From Octopus vulgaris (lineage: Eukaryota), in NCBI GenBank assembly GCA_951406725.2, contig OX597815.1:31434001-31498000 (forward strand): 64,000 nucleotides of DNA. The letters are read 5' to 3'. The notes below the pieces were generated by a model. The model saw only the letters and a program-made list of their open reading frames with translations, did not search any database and was not told the DNA's origin. The translations under genes and the position numbers were made by a program. Positions 39,761 to 53,005 of the stretch are shown here, piece by piece; position 1 is the stretch's first letter; each line of letters opens with the position of its first letter.

Positions 39761-40135
39761 CACTGAGCACCATTGTGAAAAAGCACTATTTACTGATTAA
39801 AAATAACGACGCGATAAAAGTCTCCCGGAATCGCCTTCTGCACGAAAAACACGTACTTAAGTAGGGGCTAACATGGTTAATGTAGTGATTCACTCTCCGA
39901 ACGATAAATACACACACACACACACGCACACACACATACTAGAAAAACAAAACAAAACACTGAAAGCTGGGGCTGAGTCATAACACAACTTCATTGAAAA
40001 TATCATTGATTTATTATTGGATTTCGCAAATACTTGGAATATCGATCCGTGGTTGAATTGATTGGTTCTATATTGTTACGTTATACTTCACACACACGCA
40101 CTTGTATGTACGTATATCTATAAGTATGCACGCAT

Positions 40136-40217
<82 letters not shown>

Positions 40218-40292
40218 ACATATTCATGTGTACATGCATACATGCTCTGAATGAATAAATGCTTGTACTAAAACATGTATTGAGATCTTATA

Positions 40293-40331
<39 letters not shown>

Positions 40332-41642
40332 TCACACGCACGCACACACACTCGCCACCTCTCGTCACCAATGGGTCACGTACATAAAAATCTGCTAAAG
40401 TATATCTCTAAAGTACATCTCTGCTAAAGTACATCTCTTCAGCCGCGTACTTCTAGAGAGAAGAAGAAGAAGAAGAAGAAGGAGAAGAAGAAGACGATGA
40501 TGATGAAAAAGGAGAAAAGCTGTCGACTCCAGAATTGGATTGGAACTTTACTTATCGACTTTGAAAGGGCGAAAGGCAAAGTTTACCATAAAGGAATTTC
40601 AGCATTCAGCTCGGTGGTTCGTTGTATGGCTGTAATTTCAATAGCTGCATAAACCTTGTCAAGGACTATAGTGCTAATAAAATGTGTGTGTGCGTATGTA
40701 TATTTAATGGATAGTTGTGTTGTAATATAGCTCTGCATATATATATATATTACAATAGCTCATGCCTTCTAGAAATATCAATACCTTGAAAGTGGCGTGT
40801 TACATTCGATTTATATAGAAAGTATTAATAGAACTGGGAATGAAAAATCTGACAATACCAAGGAAAATCATGAGGAGGAAAAGTATCCAAAATATTGTGT
40901 GTGTGAACTGTTTGAAATAGTGAATTAGTGTGTGTGAGAGAGAGAGAGAGGAGGGAGGTAGGGAGGGATGGAGAGAGAAGCTAACTGAAGTACCTGAAAT
41001 TTTTAATAGTTTCTATAAGATTCAAAAATATCTTTGTCGATAACTTCCCAGCTGCTTCTTTAAGTTACAAGGTACCCACCACTTCTTTTTTTCTATTATT
41101 AAACATTAGTAACATTATTTAATCAATATTAACACTATTGAAACTGAAGCCAAAATCTCACTCCAATCAGATATCTTATCATCTCAAAGAAAAAAAGAGA
41201 GGGAACATAATGTAATTCAAGATATACACCAAGAACAACAAAACGAAAAAAAAGTTATGTGGTCACAAGTAGCATGGCTTTGATAATAGGTCTGTTTATC
41301 CACCATCAACCCAGGGCTAAATAACACCTTTGTTGTGCAAGAATCAATGAGGAAAGAGTCTAATGGATCTCGGCTTGAGTTGAGAAATGCACGGGTTCGG
41401 TTTTACTGCATTGTGAATGTACTCCAGCGTTTGCTAATAAATTCATAATGCTCAGTATTGATTTCATGGCGTTTAATAATGTGTGCAGACCGGGAAAAAA
41501 ATGGTGAGCGCCTTGTAATTTAAAGATGCAGTTGAGAAAAATATCGACAAAGATATTTTCTAATCTTGTAGGAACTATTTAAAGTTTCAACCGCTTGAGT
41601 TCCTGTTTTCCTTTTCTTTTAATTTCTCCTTTTTATTTCCGA

Positions 41643-42075
41643 CTAAGTGACATTTAAATATGGTGATTTATAACATTGGCTAAAGACCACATATATCGTA
41701 GGCTGGCGATGGTTGGTCGATTGTATCGAGCCCAGTACTTGACTGGTCCTCTTTTTCTCTCTCTTTTTTCTCCTCCTTTTTCTCTTTTCTTTTATCATTT
41801 TTTTCCTTCTTCAACCTCCATGAGGATGAAAGGGAAAATTGACCTAGGATTCAGTTAAAAAATACTCAAGTAATTTTGGTTTTCTTTCTATGATTTTGTT
41901 TTTATTCCTCCTTATATGTGACATTTAAAAATGGTTTTGCAGCATAAACACAAGACCTAAAATTTGGTGGGTGGAGGGAGTTAGTCGATTATATCGACCC
42001 CCCGTACTTGAGTATTGCTTTCTTCTTCTTCTTCCTTCTTCTTCTTATTCTCCTTCTTCTTCTTCTTCTTCCTCC

Positions 42076-42119
<44 letters not shown>

Positions 42120-42260
42120 TTCTGCTCCTTCTTCTTCCTCTTCTTCTTCTTCTCCTTCTTCTTCCTCTTCTCCTCTTCTTCTTCTTCTTCTTCTTCTTCT
42201 TCTTCTTCTTCTTCTTCTTCTTCTTCTGCTCCTCCTTCTTCTTCCTCTTCTTCTTATCTC

Positions 42261-42314
<54 letters not shown>

Positions 42315-42630
42315 ATTCTCCTTCTTCTTCTTCTTCTTCTTCTCTTCTTCTTCTCTTCTTCTTCTTCTTCTTCTCCTTCTTCTTCTTCTTCTCCTTCTTC
42401 TTCTCCTTCTTCTTCTCCTCGTCCTCCTCCTCCTCGTCCTCCTCCTTCTTCTTCTTCTTCTTCTTCTTCTTCTTCTTCTTCTTCTTCTTCTTCTTCTTCT
42501 TCTTCATCATCGACCCCCGAAAAGGATGAAAGACAAAGCTGACCCAGGATTCAGTTGAGAAATATTCAAGTAATTTCGTTCCCTTGTTTTTATTTCTTCT
42601 TGTAACTCCCAACTAAGTGACATCTAAAAA
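41643..42630 (-). repeat. tandem duplication of a SINE A-containing unit, the second copy carrying a ~490-bp (CTT)n expansion
   Basis: Anchors recur: gtgacatttaaa/gtgacatctaaa at 41647, 41918 and 42617, and ggatgaaag..aaa..tgacc.aggattcagtt at 41824 and 42524. Confidence 0.8.
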
Positions 42631-43094
42631 TAGTAACAACAACAACAACGACATTAACAAGTATTACAAAAATAATAACACTGAGTGAATATTTATTCAG
42701 GGGCCAGTTTGCACTTCGTTCACCCTTATTTACAAATATATTCTTCCTCGTTTACCTCCATCCAACTTCTTGAGGACTTTTTTTCTTTTCTCGTGTTATT
42801 ACTTCGTTTATTTAATAGTATTTTCCTTCCTAATCATTTCCCCCTCTTATACACTCACTCATTCTCTCTCTCACTCACTCACTCACTCACATACACTTTC
42901 CATTTCTCTCTCCCTATCATCTCCATCCTCAAGCCTTTTAATCTTATAATTTCTATCTCACCCGGAAAAAAGGTATGCTGACCCCGTTGTACGCACCTGC
43001 TAAGAGGTAGATAAATATATACGCATGTGTCTGTACCTATCAACATACCCCCCCCTCTCTCTCTCTCTCTCTCTCCATTCCTCGCTTGCTCTCT

Positions 43095-43132
<38 letters not shown>

Positions 43133-43147
43133 CCTCGCTTGCTCTCT

Positions 43148-43199
<52 letters not shown>

Positions 43200-43792
43200 G
43201 CATATACACACACAAACATACTAATGTCCATACATGTAATTGTGCATGCTTAGTTTCTATATCCATAGCTTCATACCACAGAAACATACAGAGAAACACA
43301 TACACACACAGAACCATCTCCAAATGCAGACGTTAATTAGTACTGATTCGACTGATAGGAAGGGGCACACACCAGATGTTATTGTTGTATCACAGTCATA
43401 TCCGCAATTACCGTCTTTACGTTTCATGAATAAACCTGTAACACACACACACACACGCACACACACGCACACAGAGTAGGAACGACACAGATTGTCGGTA
43501 AGCTTTTGGCGGGCCAGTCATGGATATTACCTCACTATTTTTCACTTTTGTCTCGGGCACTTCCTCTTTCTTGACAGAGAGTTCATAATTCCTTTTCATA
43601 TTCTTCCCGTTCTCACAATATACTCGTTATCAAATATTAACTTTCTTAAAGAGAGATAATAAAATGGAGAATGTGAGGCGTTCATGACCCGGCCTAAGTG
43701 AGATGAATAGGTGAGTGACGATCGCAATTAAACCTTATTGATCAGGTGCAAGGAAAATATACTGAATGCTGTGGAGCCAATCACATTCTTAA

Positions 43793-44021
43793 GGCGGCGA
43801 GCTGGCAGAATCGTTAGCACGCCGGGCGAAATGCTAAGCGGTATTTCGTCTGCCGCTACGTTCTGAGTTCAAATTCCGCCGAGGTCGACTTTGCCTTTCA
43901 TCCTTTCGGAGTCGATTAAATAAGTACCAGTTATGCACTGGGGTCGATATAATCGACTTAATCCGTTTGTTTGTCCTTGTTTGTCCCCTCTGTGTGTAGC
44001 CCCTTGTGGGCAGTAAAGAAA
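43793..44021 (+). mobile_element. SINE A monomer, young, type-1 tail
   Basis: Near-identical to the copies at 20932 and 46517. Confidence 0.93.
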
Positions 44022-45600
44022 CACGTATAGCTGCAGTGTTGCGATAATCTGAATAAAAGGTAAATTTTGATCAGCAAAGTCTGGCATTCATTCCTGGTTA
44101 TTGTTACTTCACTTCATTTTATACCCTTAATGCTTTGGGCTAAACCCTGGATGTGTCAATATAACATTTCCCTTCTCTCTCCTAAAAATGTGGGATGTTA
44201 TTTTTTTTAACCAGAAACAAATCAATATGGAAAAAATTGAAATGCTCTATAATCGCATTAGTTGTACTTTTTACTCGTCGAAATAATTTGGCTATTATCA
44301 GGAGTTTAAAAGGAAAATTTCCTCGTCACATCTGGTGAAAGAAGGAAAGCCTATTTTCCAGTTTAACTCCTCTTTCACACTAATTATTATCAGCTGAAGT
44401 AATTAATGCTGAGGTTAAACGCTAATGGTTTTCATGTGTACAGAATACTTTATCGCCTCTTGTTTTTCTGTTGTGATGTGATAATGCATGTTTCATTTGC
44501 TACTTTGCTTGACTGTGGATGACAACGGAAACAGCCGTGAGCAATCTATTGTTTGATTGTGATTATGAAAACAAACATTGATTTACTGTTTAAGAAGAAA
44601 AATAATGTTTCGTAATGGTCTTCATTTCAAGCTGAAAATTTCACTTTGGAAAGAGACAGAACATACCAGTAGAAAGAGAGTAACACAGAAAGAGAGAGGA
44701 GGGGGATACTAGCGCCAAGATCTCGCCTCCTTACTCACCACTACTTTACTACTTCCGTTTAAATAGAGAAAGATGATTGTTAAGCGGGACATGAAAAATA
44801 CCATGTTATTGTATCTTGTTTGCTGTGTCAATGTCTCTTCAATAAATTTTCTATCGTGCCTTATATCAAACCTTGCTTTACTTCTGTTTGTAATCGGCAA
44901 AAAAATAAATACCAGAAATACACTGCGGTTCAAATTCATTCGCCGTGCATATCATGTAAATAATTCAGGAAAAAAAATGTGATTTCATATTAAGTCAGCT
45001 GCCCGTTCATTCAAAGCAAGATGAATGGACGAACGTAATATAAACTGGACCATTGCAGAATTTGAAGCCGGAGATTAGAGGAAAGTCACTTTTTAATGCA
45101 GTTTAATCAAGCGCTTCTGTCATGGACATCTTCACTGTCCTAAAAGGTGACTACTTGGCCATATTCACTGCCCCAAAATGAGACAATATTGAAGAGAGAG
45201 GGATATATATATATATATATATATACCGCTCTCTCTTCAATATATATATATAATATAATATAATATAAATAATATATATATATGCATATATACACACATA
45301 CATGTACATATGTACATGCCTACATATATATGTATATATACATGCATACATGGGTATAGGACGTCAAAAAACGTGGACAAAATGAGAAACGAGAACATTA
45401 AAAACAAAAGTATGGAAAACGAGCTTTTTTTCGAACAAGGAAAAAAACAAATAGAGAACATTCCCTTCATCTGTTGTCCCCTGTTTTATCTACTCCGCGT
45501 TTCGATGTAGGGACAAGACGCGACATCATTAAAACAGTCCTTCCCGCAAAGCAAATTAAATAAGATTTGGGATTTTTTTGCGGAGAGTTAAAGTGGTAAC

Positions 45601-45684
<84 letters not shown>

Positions 45685-46516
45685 TAAATACCAATTGGTG
45701 AATAATAACGACGTTGGTTTCAGGTTTCCAACAGGCGAATCATTGAATTATAAAAATCCTGAGTGGGATAGCAAAAGAGAGTCTTTAAATCGGTACAAAT
45801 CAAATGTTTTGCATAAAGATATATAGATAGTTGCATTGTGATGTTTAAAAACTAGTGTTATTAAGCTTTTATTTGTAACTAACAAATATCAGCTGTTACC
45901 TCTAAACATGAAAATTCAATTTTCTGTAAAATTAATTATTAATTTCCTGAAATCGCCCCCTGCGTTTCTTCAACTTGAAAGTAGCTAACAAATGCTTCTG
46001 TTATTTCTCATGCTAAAAGGCAAATTTCAATTAATTTAGAATTTTATGTGAACGTCATTCAGCAGCATATCACCTACCTGATATCATAATATAAGTTGAG
46101 TCCCTTTAGCAGATATCATGTTTGATGTTTGGTTGAATTAATCGCCGAGCAACCACAAAATCTGGTGGCTTAATAACAGCTTCATGAGTTCAGTACGAAT
46201 AACATGGAATAGAAATTGTATCTAAAAGACTAATCAAAACTGTGTTAGAAATAAATCACTTCTCCAAGGCACCGCACAGTGTTGCTGCATCTGGAAACTC
46301 TAAAAGTGCAAAACGAACTTTCCAACCATATCGCCACATCTGTGCCAGGACATGTAGACAAGCTAGACACATTGCGTTTTAGGACAGAGTTTATCAAGTG
46401 CGATACTCATGCATTTTCTCAATTGTTTTGACGGATAAAAAGAAGTGAAATGGTTCCAACAAGATATTTCGAAATCACGTCGACGTCTTATCACTGCATC
46501 TGAATTTATTTATATC

Positions 46517-46752
46517 TATTTCTTTACTACTCACAAGGGGCCAAACACAGAGGGGACAGACAAGGACAGACAAACGGATTAAGTCGATTACATCGACCCC
46601 AGTGCGTAACTGGTACTTATTTAATCGACCCCGAAAGAATGAATGGCAAAGTCGACCTCGGCGGAATTTGAACTCAAAACGTAACGGCAGACGAAATACG
46701 GCTACGCATTTCGCCCGGCGTGCAAACGTTTCTGCCAGCTCGCTGCCTTCTA
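46517..46752 (-). mobile_element. SINE A monomer with 20-bp target-site duplication
   Basis: TSD catctgaatttatttatatc at 46497-46516 and 46753-46772. Confidence 0.93.
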
Positions 46753-47015
46753 CATCTGAATTTATTTATATCGTACGCATCTCTGTTAAAAATTAATATT
46801 TTATTTTCTGCCATTTTACCAGACGAAAAGTTTTATACATTTGAAGCAAAATTAGTGAACGAAACAATAAGTGAATGTTCATGCCTTTGTTAGAAATCCT
46901 TTATTCAATGTTTAAACGAATTGAACCTGCCTAACAACATAAAATTGAAACTGTGTCGCTATGTCGACCCCTACTTTACGTATAGAGCTTTTTTATGTGA
47001 AAAAGCTGCATATAA

Positions 47016-47151
47016 GCGTAGGAGTGGCTGTGTGGTAAGTAGCTTGCTTACGAACCACATGGTTCCGGGTTCAGTCTTCTACTATAGCCTCGGGCCGACC
47101 AAAGCCTTGTGAGTGGATTTGGTAGATGGAAACTGAAAGAAGCCCGTCATG

Positions 47152-47196
<45 letters not shown>

Positions 47197-47405
47197 ATAC
47201 ATTTGTGTGCCTGTGTTTGTCCCCCCAACATCGTTTGACAACCGATGCTGGTGTGTTTATGTCCCCGTAACTTAGCGGTTCAGCAAAAGAGACCGATAGA
47301 ATAAGTACTAGGCTTACAAAGAATAATCCCTGGGGTCGATTTGCTCGACTAAAAGCGGTGCTCCAGCATGGCCACAGTCAAATGACTGAAACAAGTAAAA
47401 GAGTA
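47016..47405 (+). mobile_element. SINE B, full length with a short internal deletion
   Basis: Head, TA/TG tract, body, CAGTC-AAAT-GACTG hairpin and gtaaaagagta tail. Lacks ccactgcgtggcaccttgggcaagtg between two gtc microhomologies. Confidence 0.93.
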
Positions 47406-47436
47406 TTCGAAAAACAAACGTGCCAATTTTTATCTT

Positions 47437-47768
47437 TAACTTGTTTCAGTCATTGGACTGCAGCCTTGACAGATTTAATCTAACAAATCCCCACCCCAGT
47501 ATTTGTAAAGTTTGATACTTTTCTACTAGTTTTTCTTTTGCCGAACCGCTAGGTTACGGAAATAAACTAATACCAGTTGTGAAGCTGTGGAGGTGGTGAT
47601 GGGGAACAAACAGTTGCACATACACATATATACGGCATACACATATATATATGGCATTGACCAACCTGGAGCTGGAGTAGAGAACGTTTGACCTAGGTGG
47701 CGCGTAGTGGGATTGAACCAGAAACCATGTGGTTGTAAATTCAACTTAATCATACCTCCATGCCTGCC
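47437..47768 (-). mobile_element. SINE B, older copy, tail-to-tail with the preceding copy
   Basis: cttgtttcagtcattggactg...ttttgccgaaccgctaggttacgg...gaaaccatgtggttg. Confidence 0.75.
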
Positions 47769-48072
47769 CCCTGTATGATATACAAATATCAAGAAAAAAA
47801 TAATAGCGACAGCGGCAATAAAAAGACTGATTCAGTATTAAAGAAAGCCAAGTTATTCATCGTCTTTCTAACCCCTTGTATTTCCAGGCACAACATAATT
47901 TTATTGTGTTCTCTAGCCCTGATTTTCATTAACCACTTTCCCCTACTACCTTCAGCTAATATAATGCGAACTCTGCTTGGCATGTTACCATTGCGTCTGA
48001 CAAGATCGAAACTTTGTCCTTCCGCGTCTTACAATGTTCACTACACGGCGATTTTTACTACCCGGATTAACT

Positions 48073-48126
<54 letters not shown>

Positions 48127-48129
48127 GTG

Positions 48130-48188
48130 TTTTTTTTTTAGTTTCAGCTCAGAGCTGCGGCCATGCTGATGCACCGTATGCACCGCCG
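48130..48188 (-). mobile_element. very short retroposon 3' stub with poly(A)
   Basis: Minus strand GGTGCATCAGCATGGCCGCAGCTCTGAGCTGAAACT followed by an A run. A second copy lies at 51070-51110. Confidence 0.7.
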
Positions 48189-48235
48189 TATGTGTGTGTA
48201 TATTTTGTGCGTCCGTGTATTGTGATTCTGCATAC

Positions 48236-48274
<39 letters not shown>

Positions 48275-48306
48275 ATGTATTATGTATGTATACGTGTGTA
48301 TATATA

Positions 48307-48359
<53 letters not shown>

Positions 48360-49002
48360 GCGTTTGCATGTAATTGTATATGCACACATATATATGTGTG
48401 TGTGTATAGGCATACACACACACACATATACATTATGTCTCATCTTCCTTTTTGCCAACACACAATTTTTATTGTTTTACATTTATCCTTTAGATTGAAC
48501 TCTCCTTCATCTACCTACGGTTCTCTTTTCTGTGTTTTTTGATTGTCCACCTCTCTCTCTCTCTCGCCTTCGCCTTCTCCCTCTCATTCATTCCTCACTT
48601 TCTTTCTATCATTCCCCCTCCCCCTCTCACTGTGAGTTTCTGTTTAATCTTAACCTCCCCAAGCCCTCTCCTTCAATTTTTTTTTTCCTTTATCACTCTT
48701 CCTACCGATTTTTCCCCGCTTTTTCCCACCTCTGAACATTTTCTCTCATCGCATCCCTTGCTACCACTCCCTACTTTCTCTATCCTTTATCCCTCTCTGA
48801 GATCTTTATGGCCAAAAGGAATACATAGTAATTAGTTTGCACAGACTGTAATTAGAGGAGTGAGGAAAAAATAATAAAATATTTAGAATAGTCAAGCCCT
48901 AAGCTGACATATAATGACAAATATGTCAGACTTGGCCGTGTTAGAGGCGCGAATGTTTTATCCCAATTTTATAGTTACTTTTCTTTTATAGTCTTCAACT
49001 TT

Positions 49003-49077
<75 letters not shown>
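49003..49077. repeat. (TATC)n microsatellite
   Basis: Directly visible. Further TATC/GATA arrays at 49187-49254 and 52303-52363. Confidence 0.95.
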
Positions 49078-49185
49078 GCCTGTCTGTCTATTTATCTATC
49101 TGTCAATATGTATGCATGTATGTCTACATTTCCCTCTTTCTTTGCTTCTTTATCCCATTTCAATAACTTGCTTGACTGTGAATGT

Positions 49186-49256
<71 letters not shown>

Positions 49257-49445
49257 ATATATATATATATATATACTTTTCTCTCTGCGTGTGTATGTGT
49301 TATTTTTACCCCTATCCATTTCTCTCTCTCTCTCTCCATCTCTCTCTCTCTCTGTCTCTCTCTGTCTCTCTTTCTCTCTCTCATTACCCTGTGTTCACTC
49401 ATCTCCACATGAATTTAACTTAAGGTGTGCCTTTGTGAATGCCTG

Positions 49446-49502
<57 letters not shown>

Positions 49503-49537
49503 TTTCTGTCCATACACACATACAAGAATATATGAAT

Positions 49538-49580
<43 letters not shown>

Positions 49581-49714
49581 TGCTCATATATACCTATGTA
49601 TGCATACACACTCATGGCATTACTTCTTGTTGTTTCCCTAATTCTGTGTATCGGTTCCTTTCACTGTCATATGAGTCTGCATAAAATGTGTATCGTGTGT
49701 ATATGTATGTATAT

Positions 49715-49813
<99 letters not shown>

Positions 49814-50572
49814 ATTCGTATTTTTGTATGTTTTTTTAAATTTTTGTTTGCTTGCCATTCGCCAGTTGGTAACTCGTGTACTTTCACAATCGTTCTGATG
49901 TCTTTAACTGAAATGAGACATCTGGGAAATGGTTATTCCCAAAATAAGACATTTAAAGTGAGACGAAAAGCGCCATCTTGTGTTAGATTTCGAGAAATAA
50001 GAAGAGTAATTAATTGAATATCGCCGGCGCTTGTGACATCTATAATTAAATGCATGGCCACCCCAAGAAAAATCCTCAAAGTGATGGTTCTCTAGAGATG
50101 AGCTACCAACCGTCTAAGAAATTCTCTTATTTTAGTAATGTTTATTGTTCAACTGTCAACCATTTTAGAAAAGAAGGGAAAAAATGATCAAATCATATTT
50201 TTAAAATCATTTACCATGGGATTGGTAATCTTTTTAATTAACTTTAAATTAATTAAAATAATTAACTTCAATAATTTACTTATTAACCCATCTCGTTGCT
50301 GTAAATAATATATCAGAAAATATGAGGAGCAATTTATAAAAACAAAACTACGTTTAGCGATCTATCACTTCAGACATCTCAGCTATTTTTCATTGGGTTT
50401 TGTGTTTCGCTGTAAAAATGTAATTTTTCTCCATACAACATATTTGATTCCTGATCTTGTTGGGAATATGTCTTAGGTATGCTTCGACGCAGTTTTAACC
50501 ATAAAGTGTACCAGCGTAGTCTTGTTCCTTCATTAGAATGGAACGCATCTTAGCAGATAACTCCCTTTAGTT

Positions 50573-50652
<80 letters not shown>

Positions 50653-51026
50653 ACTCTCTGTCTTTTTCTGTCTACTTCTATTGGCAACCTTAAAATATCA
50701 TCCAATTTAGCTTTGTTTCACATTATATTGGCAAATATTTTAGAAATTCAGATAAATATTTTAGAACACAAATCCTGGTTATCATACACCCTCACATACA
50801 AAATAAGGCGAATATTCACATACTCGTCTCTTGTTAGACGCAAATATATATTTCTGTATATCTATCAATTATATGTAAGATAGATATAAAGATAAATAAT
50901 CTCCCCATGCTATCTGAAGCATTTTTATAACATGCTATACATCTTCTAAATGTTACTTAGAGTAAATAACTAGTAATGAAATATATCTACAATATTTGAA
51001 GCGCCGTCTCTTCTCAACTTACTCCC

Positions 51027-51110
51027 TTTTCTTTTCCTTTCTTTTCTTTTTTTTCTTTTTTTTCTCTCTAGTTTAAGCTCAGAGCTGCGGCCATGCTGAT
51101 GCACCACCGT
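51027..51110 (-). mobile_element. very short retroposon 3' stub with A-rich tail
   Basis: agtttaagctcagagctgcggccatgctgatgcaccaccg preceded by a T-rich tract. Same sequence as 48140-48176. Confidence 0.7.
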
Positions 51111-51117
51111 TTTCACA

Positions 51118-51169
<52 letters not shown>

Positions 51170-51186
51170 GTCGTTTTTATTATTAA

Positions 51187-51400
51187 GGCAGCGTGCTTGC
51201 AGAATCCTTAGCAGCCGGGCAAAATGCTTAGCAGCATTTCGTTCGTGTTTACGTTCTGAGTTCAAACTCAGCTGAGGTCGACTTTGCCTTCAATCCTTTC
51301 GGGGTTAATAAATTAAGCACCAGTCGAACACTAGATCGATGTAATCGACTTGTCCCTTCCCAAAAAATTTCATACCATGTACCTGCCTACATTAGAAAGG
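51187..51400 (+). mobile_element. SINE A, type-2 tail, within (ATT)n
   Basis: Head and core present. Ends ttagaaaggattattatt, with (ATT)n on both sides. Confidence 0.85.
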
Positions 51401-51413
51401 ATTATTATTATTA

Positions 51414-51587
51414 GGCGCAAGCGTAGCTGTGTGGTAAGAAGCTTGCTTCCAGACCACATGGTTCTGGGTTCAATCCCACAGCGTGGCATCTTGGGCAAGT
51501 TTCTTGCTTCGGCCGAAGCTACCATAGCTTCGGTCCGACCAAAGCCTTGTGAGAGGATTTGATAGACGAAAACTGAAGGAAGCCTGT

Positions 51588-51651
<64 letters not shown>

Positions 51652-51872
51652 AGTGTGCGTGTGTCTTTGAATCTGTGTTTGCCCTCCCCCCTATCAGTGT
51701 TTGACAAACGGTTTTGGTGTGTTTATGTACCCCATAACTTAGCGGTTCGGTAAAATAGACCAATAGAATAAGCACCAAGCTTTAAAAAATCTTGGGGTTC
51801 ACTTGTTCGCCTAAAAGGCAGTGTTCCTGCATAGGTGCAGCCAAATGGCTGAAACACGTTAAAGAATTAAAT
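51414..51872 (+). mobile_element. SINE B, full length, diverged
   Basis: Head ggcgcaagcgtagctgtgtggtaag and tail hairpin CAGCC-AAAT-GGCTG. An inverted fragment follows at 51897-51975. Confidence 0.88.
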
Positions 51873-52301
51873 GAATACACACACACATATACACACGACG
51901 ACTTTCAGTTTGTGTCTGCCAAATTCACTCACAAGGCTATGGTCAACCCGAAGCTATAGCAGAAGAAACTTGCCCATGCAAACAAGCAAGTAAACAAATC
52001 CCAATAGAATAGTTGAGGCGCTACCGCAGCATACGGGCATTTTCAGACTTGGTATACCACAGCCGATTTCTGCCTCAAAGAGAGAGGCGGGGAGAAGTGA
52101 GGGAGAGAATCGACCCAGTACAACAGTGATGTTTAAGTATCGATCTTGAAAGAATGAAAGGCAAAGTCTAACTTGTTAGTAATAGAACTGAAAACAGCGA
52201 GAGCGGGAACAAAAAGCAAAATACGCAATGTAATTTATAGCAACGCTCTAACGTGATCCAGCGAATACACCATCTACATGGAGACAGACAGACAGACAGA
52301 C

Positions 52302-52364
<63 letters not shown>

Positions 52365-52506
52365 ATGGTTGCTATGCATGCATGTATGTATGTATGTATT
52401 GAACGCACATGCACAAGTGTTTGAATAATCAAGTAATTCATGAATATCACAAAATATTCACCTATCAATAAATTGCATTTCACGTGTCTTAGCGCGGTGA
52501 TTTTTC

Positions 52507-52909
52507 TTTACTCGTTTACTCTTTTACCTGTTTCAGTCATTTGACTGCGGCCATGCTGGAGCACCGCCTTTAGTCGAAAGCAAATCGACCCCAGTACTTA
52601 TTCTTTGGGTCGTAAACACACCACCATCGGCTGTCAAGTGATGTTGGGGGGACAAACACAGACACACGAACATATACACACACACACAGATATATATATA
52701 TATACATACATATATACGACGGGCTTATTTCAGTTTCTGTCTACCACATCCACTCACAAGGCTTTGGTCGGCCTGAGGCTATAGTAGAAGACACTTGCCT
52801 AAGGTGCCTCGCAGTGGGAATGAACCTGGAACCATGTGGTTGGTAAGCAAGCTACTTACCACACTGCCTCTCCGGCGCCTAGCCGCTTACCACACAGCCA
52901 CTCCTGCGC
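52507..52909 (-). mobile_element. SINE B, full length, with duplicated 5' end
   Basis: cttaccacactgcctctccggcgc followed by cttaccacacagccactcctgcgc, plus an internal deletion near 52608. Confidence 0.9.
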
Positions 52910-52955
52910 ATCTTAATAATTTTTGGCCTCATTTGCTTTCACACACACATATACA

Positions 52956-53005
<50 letters not shown>

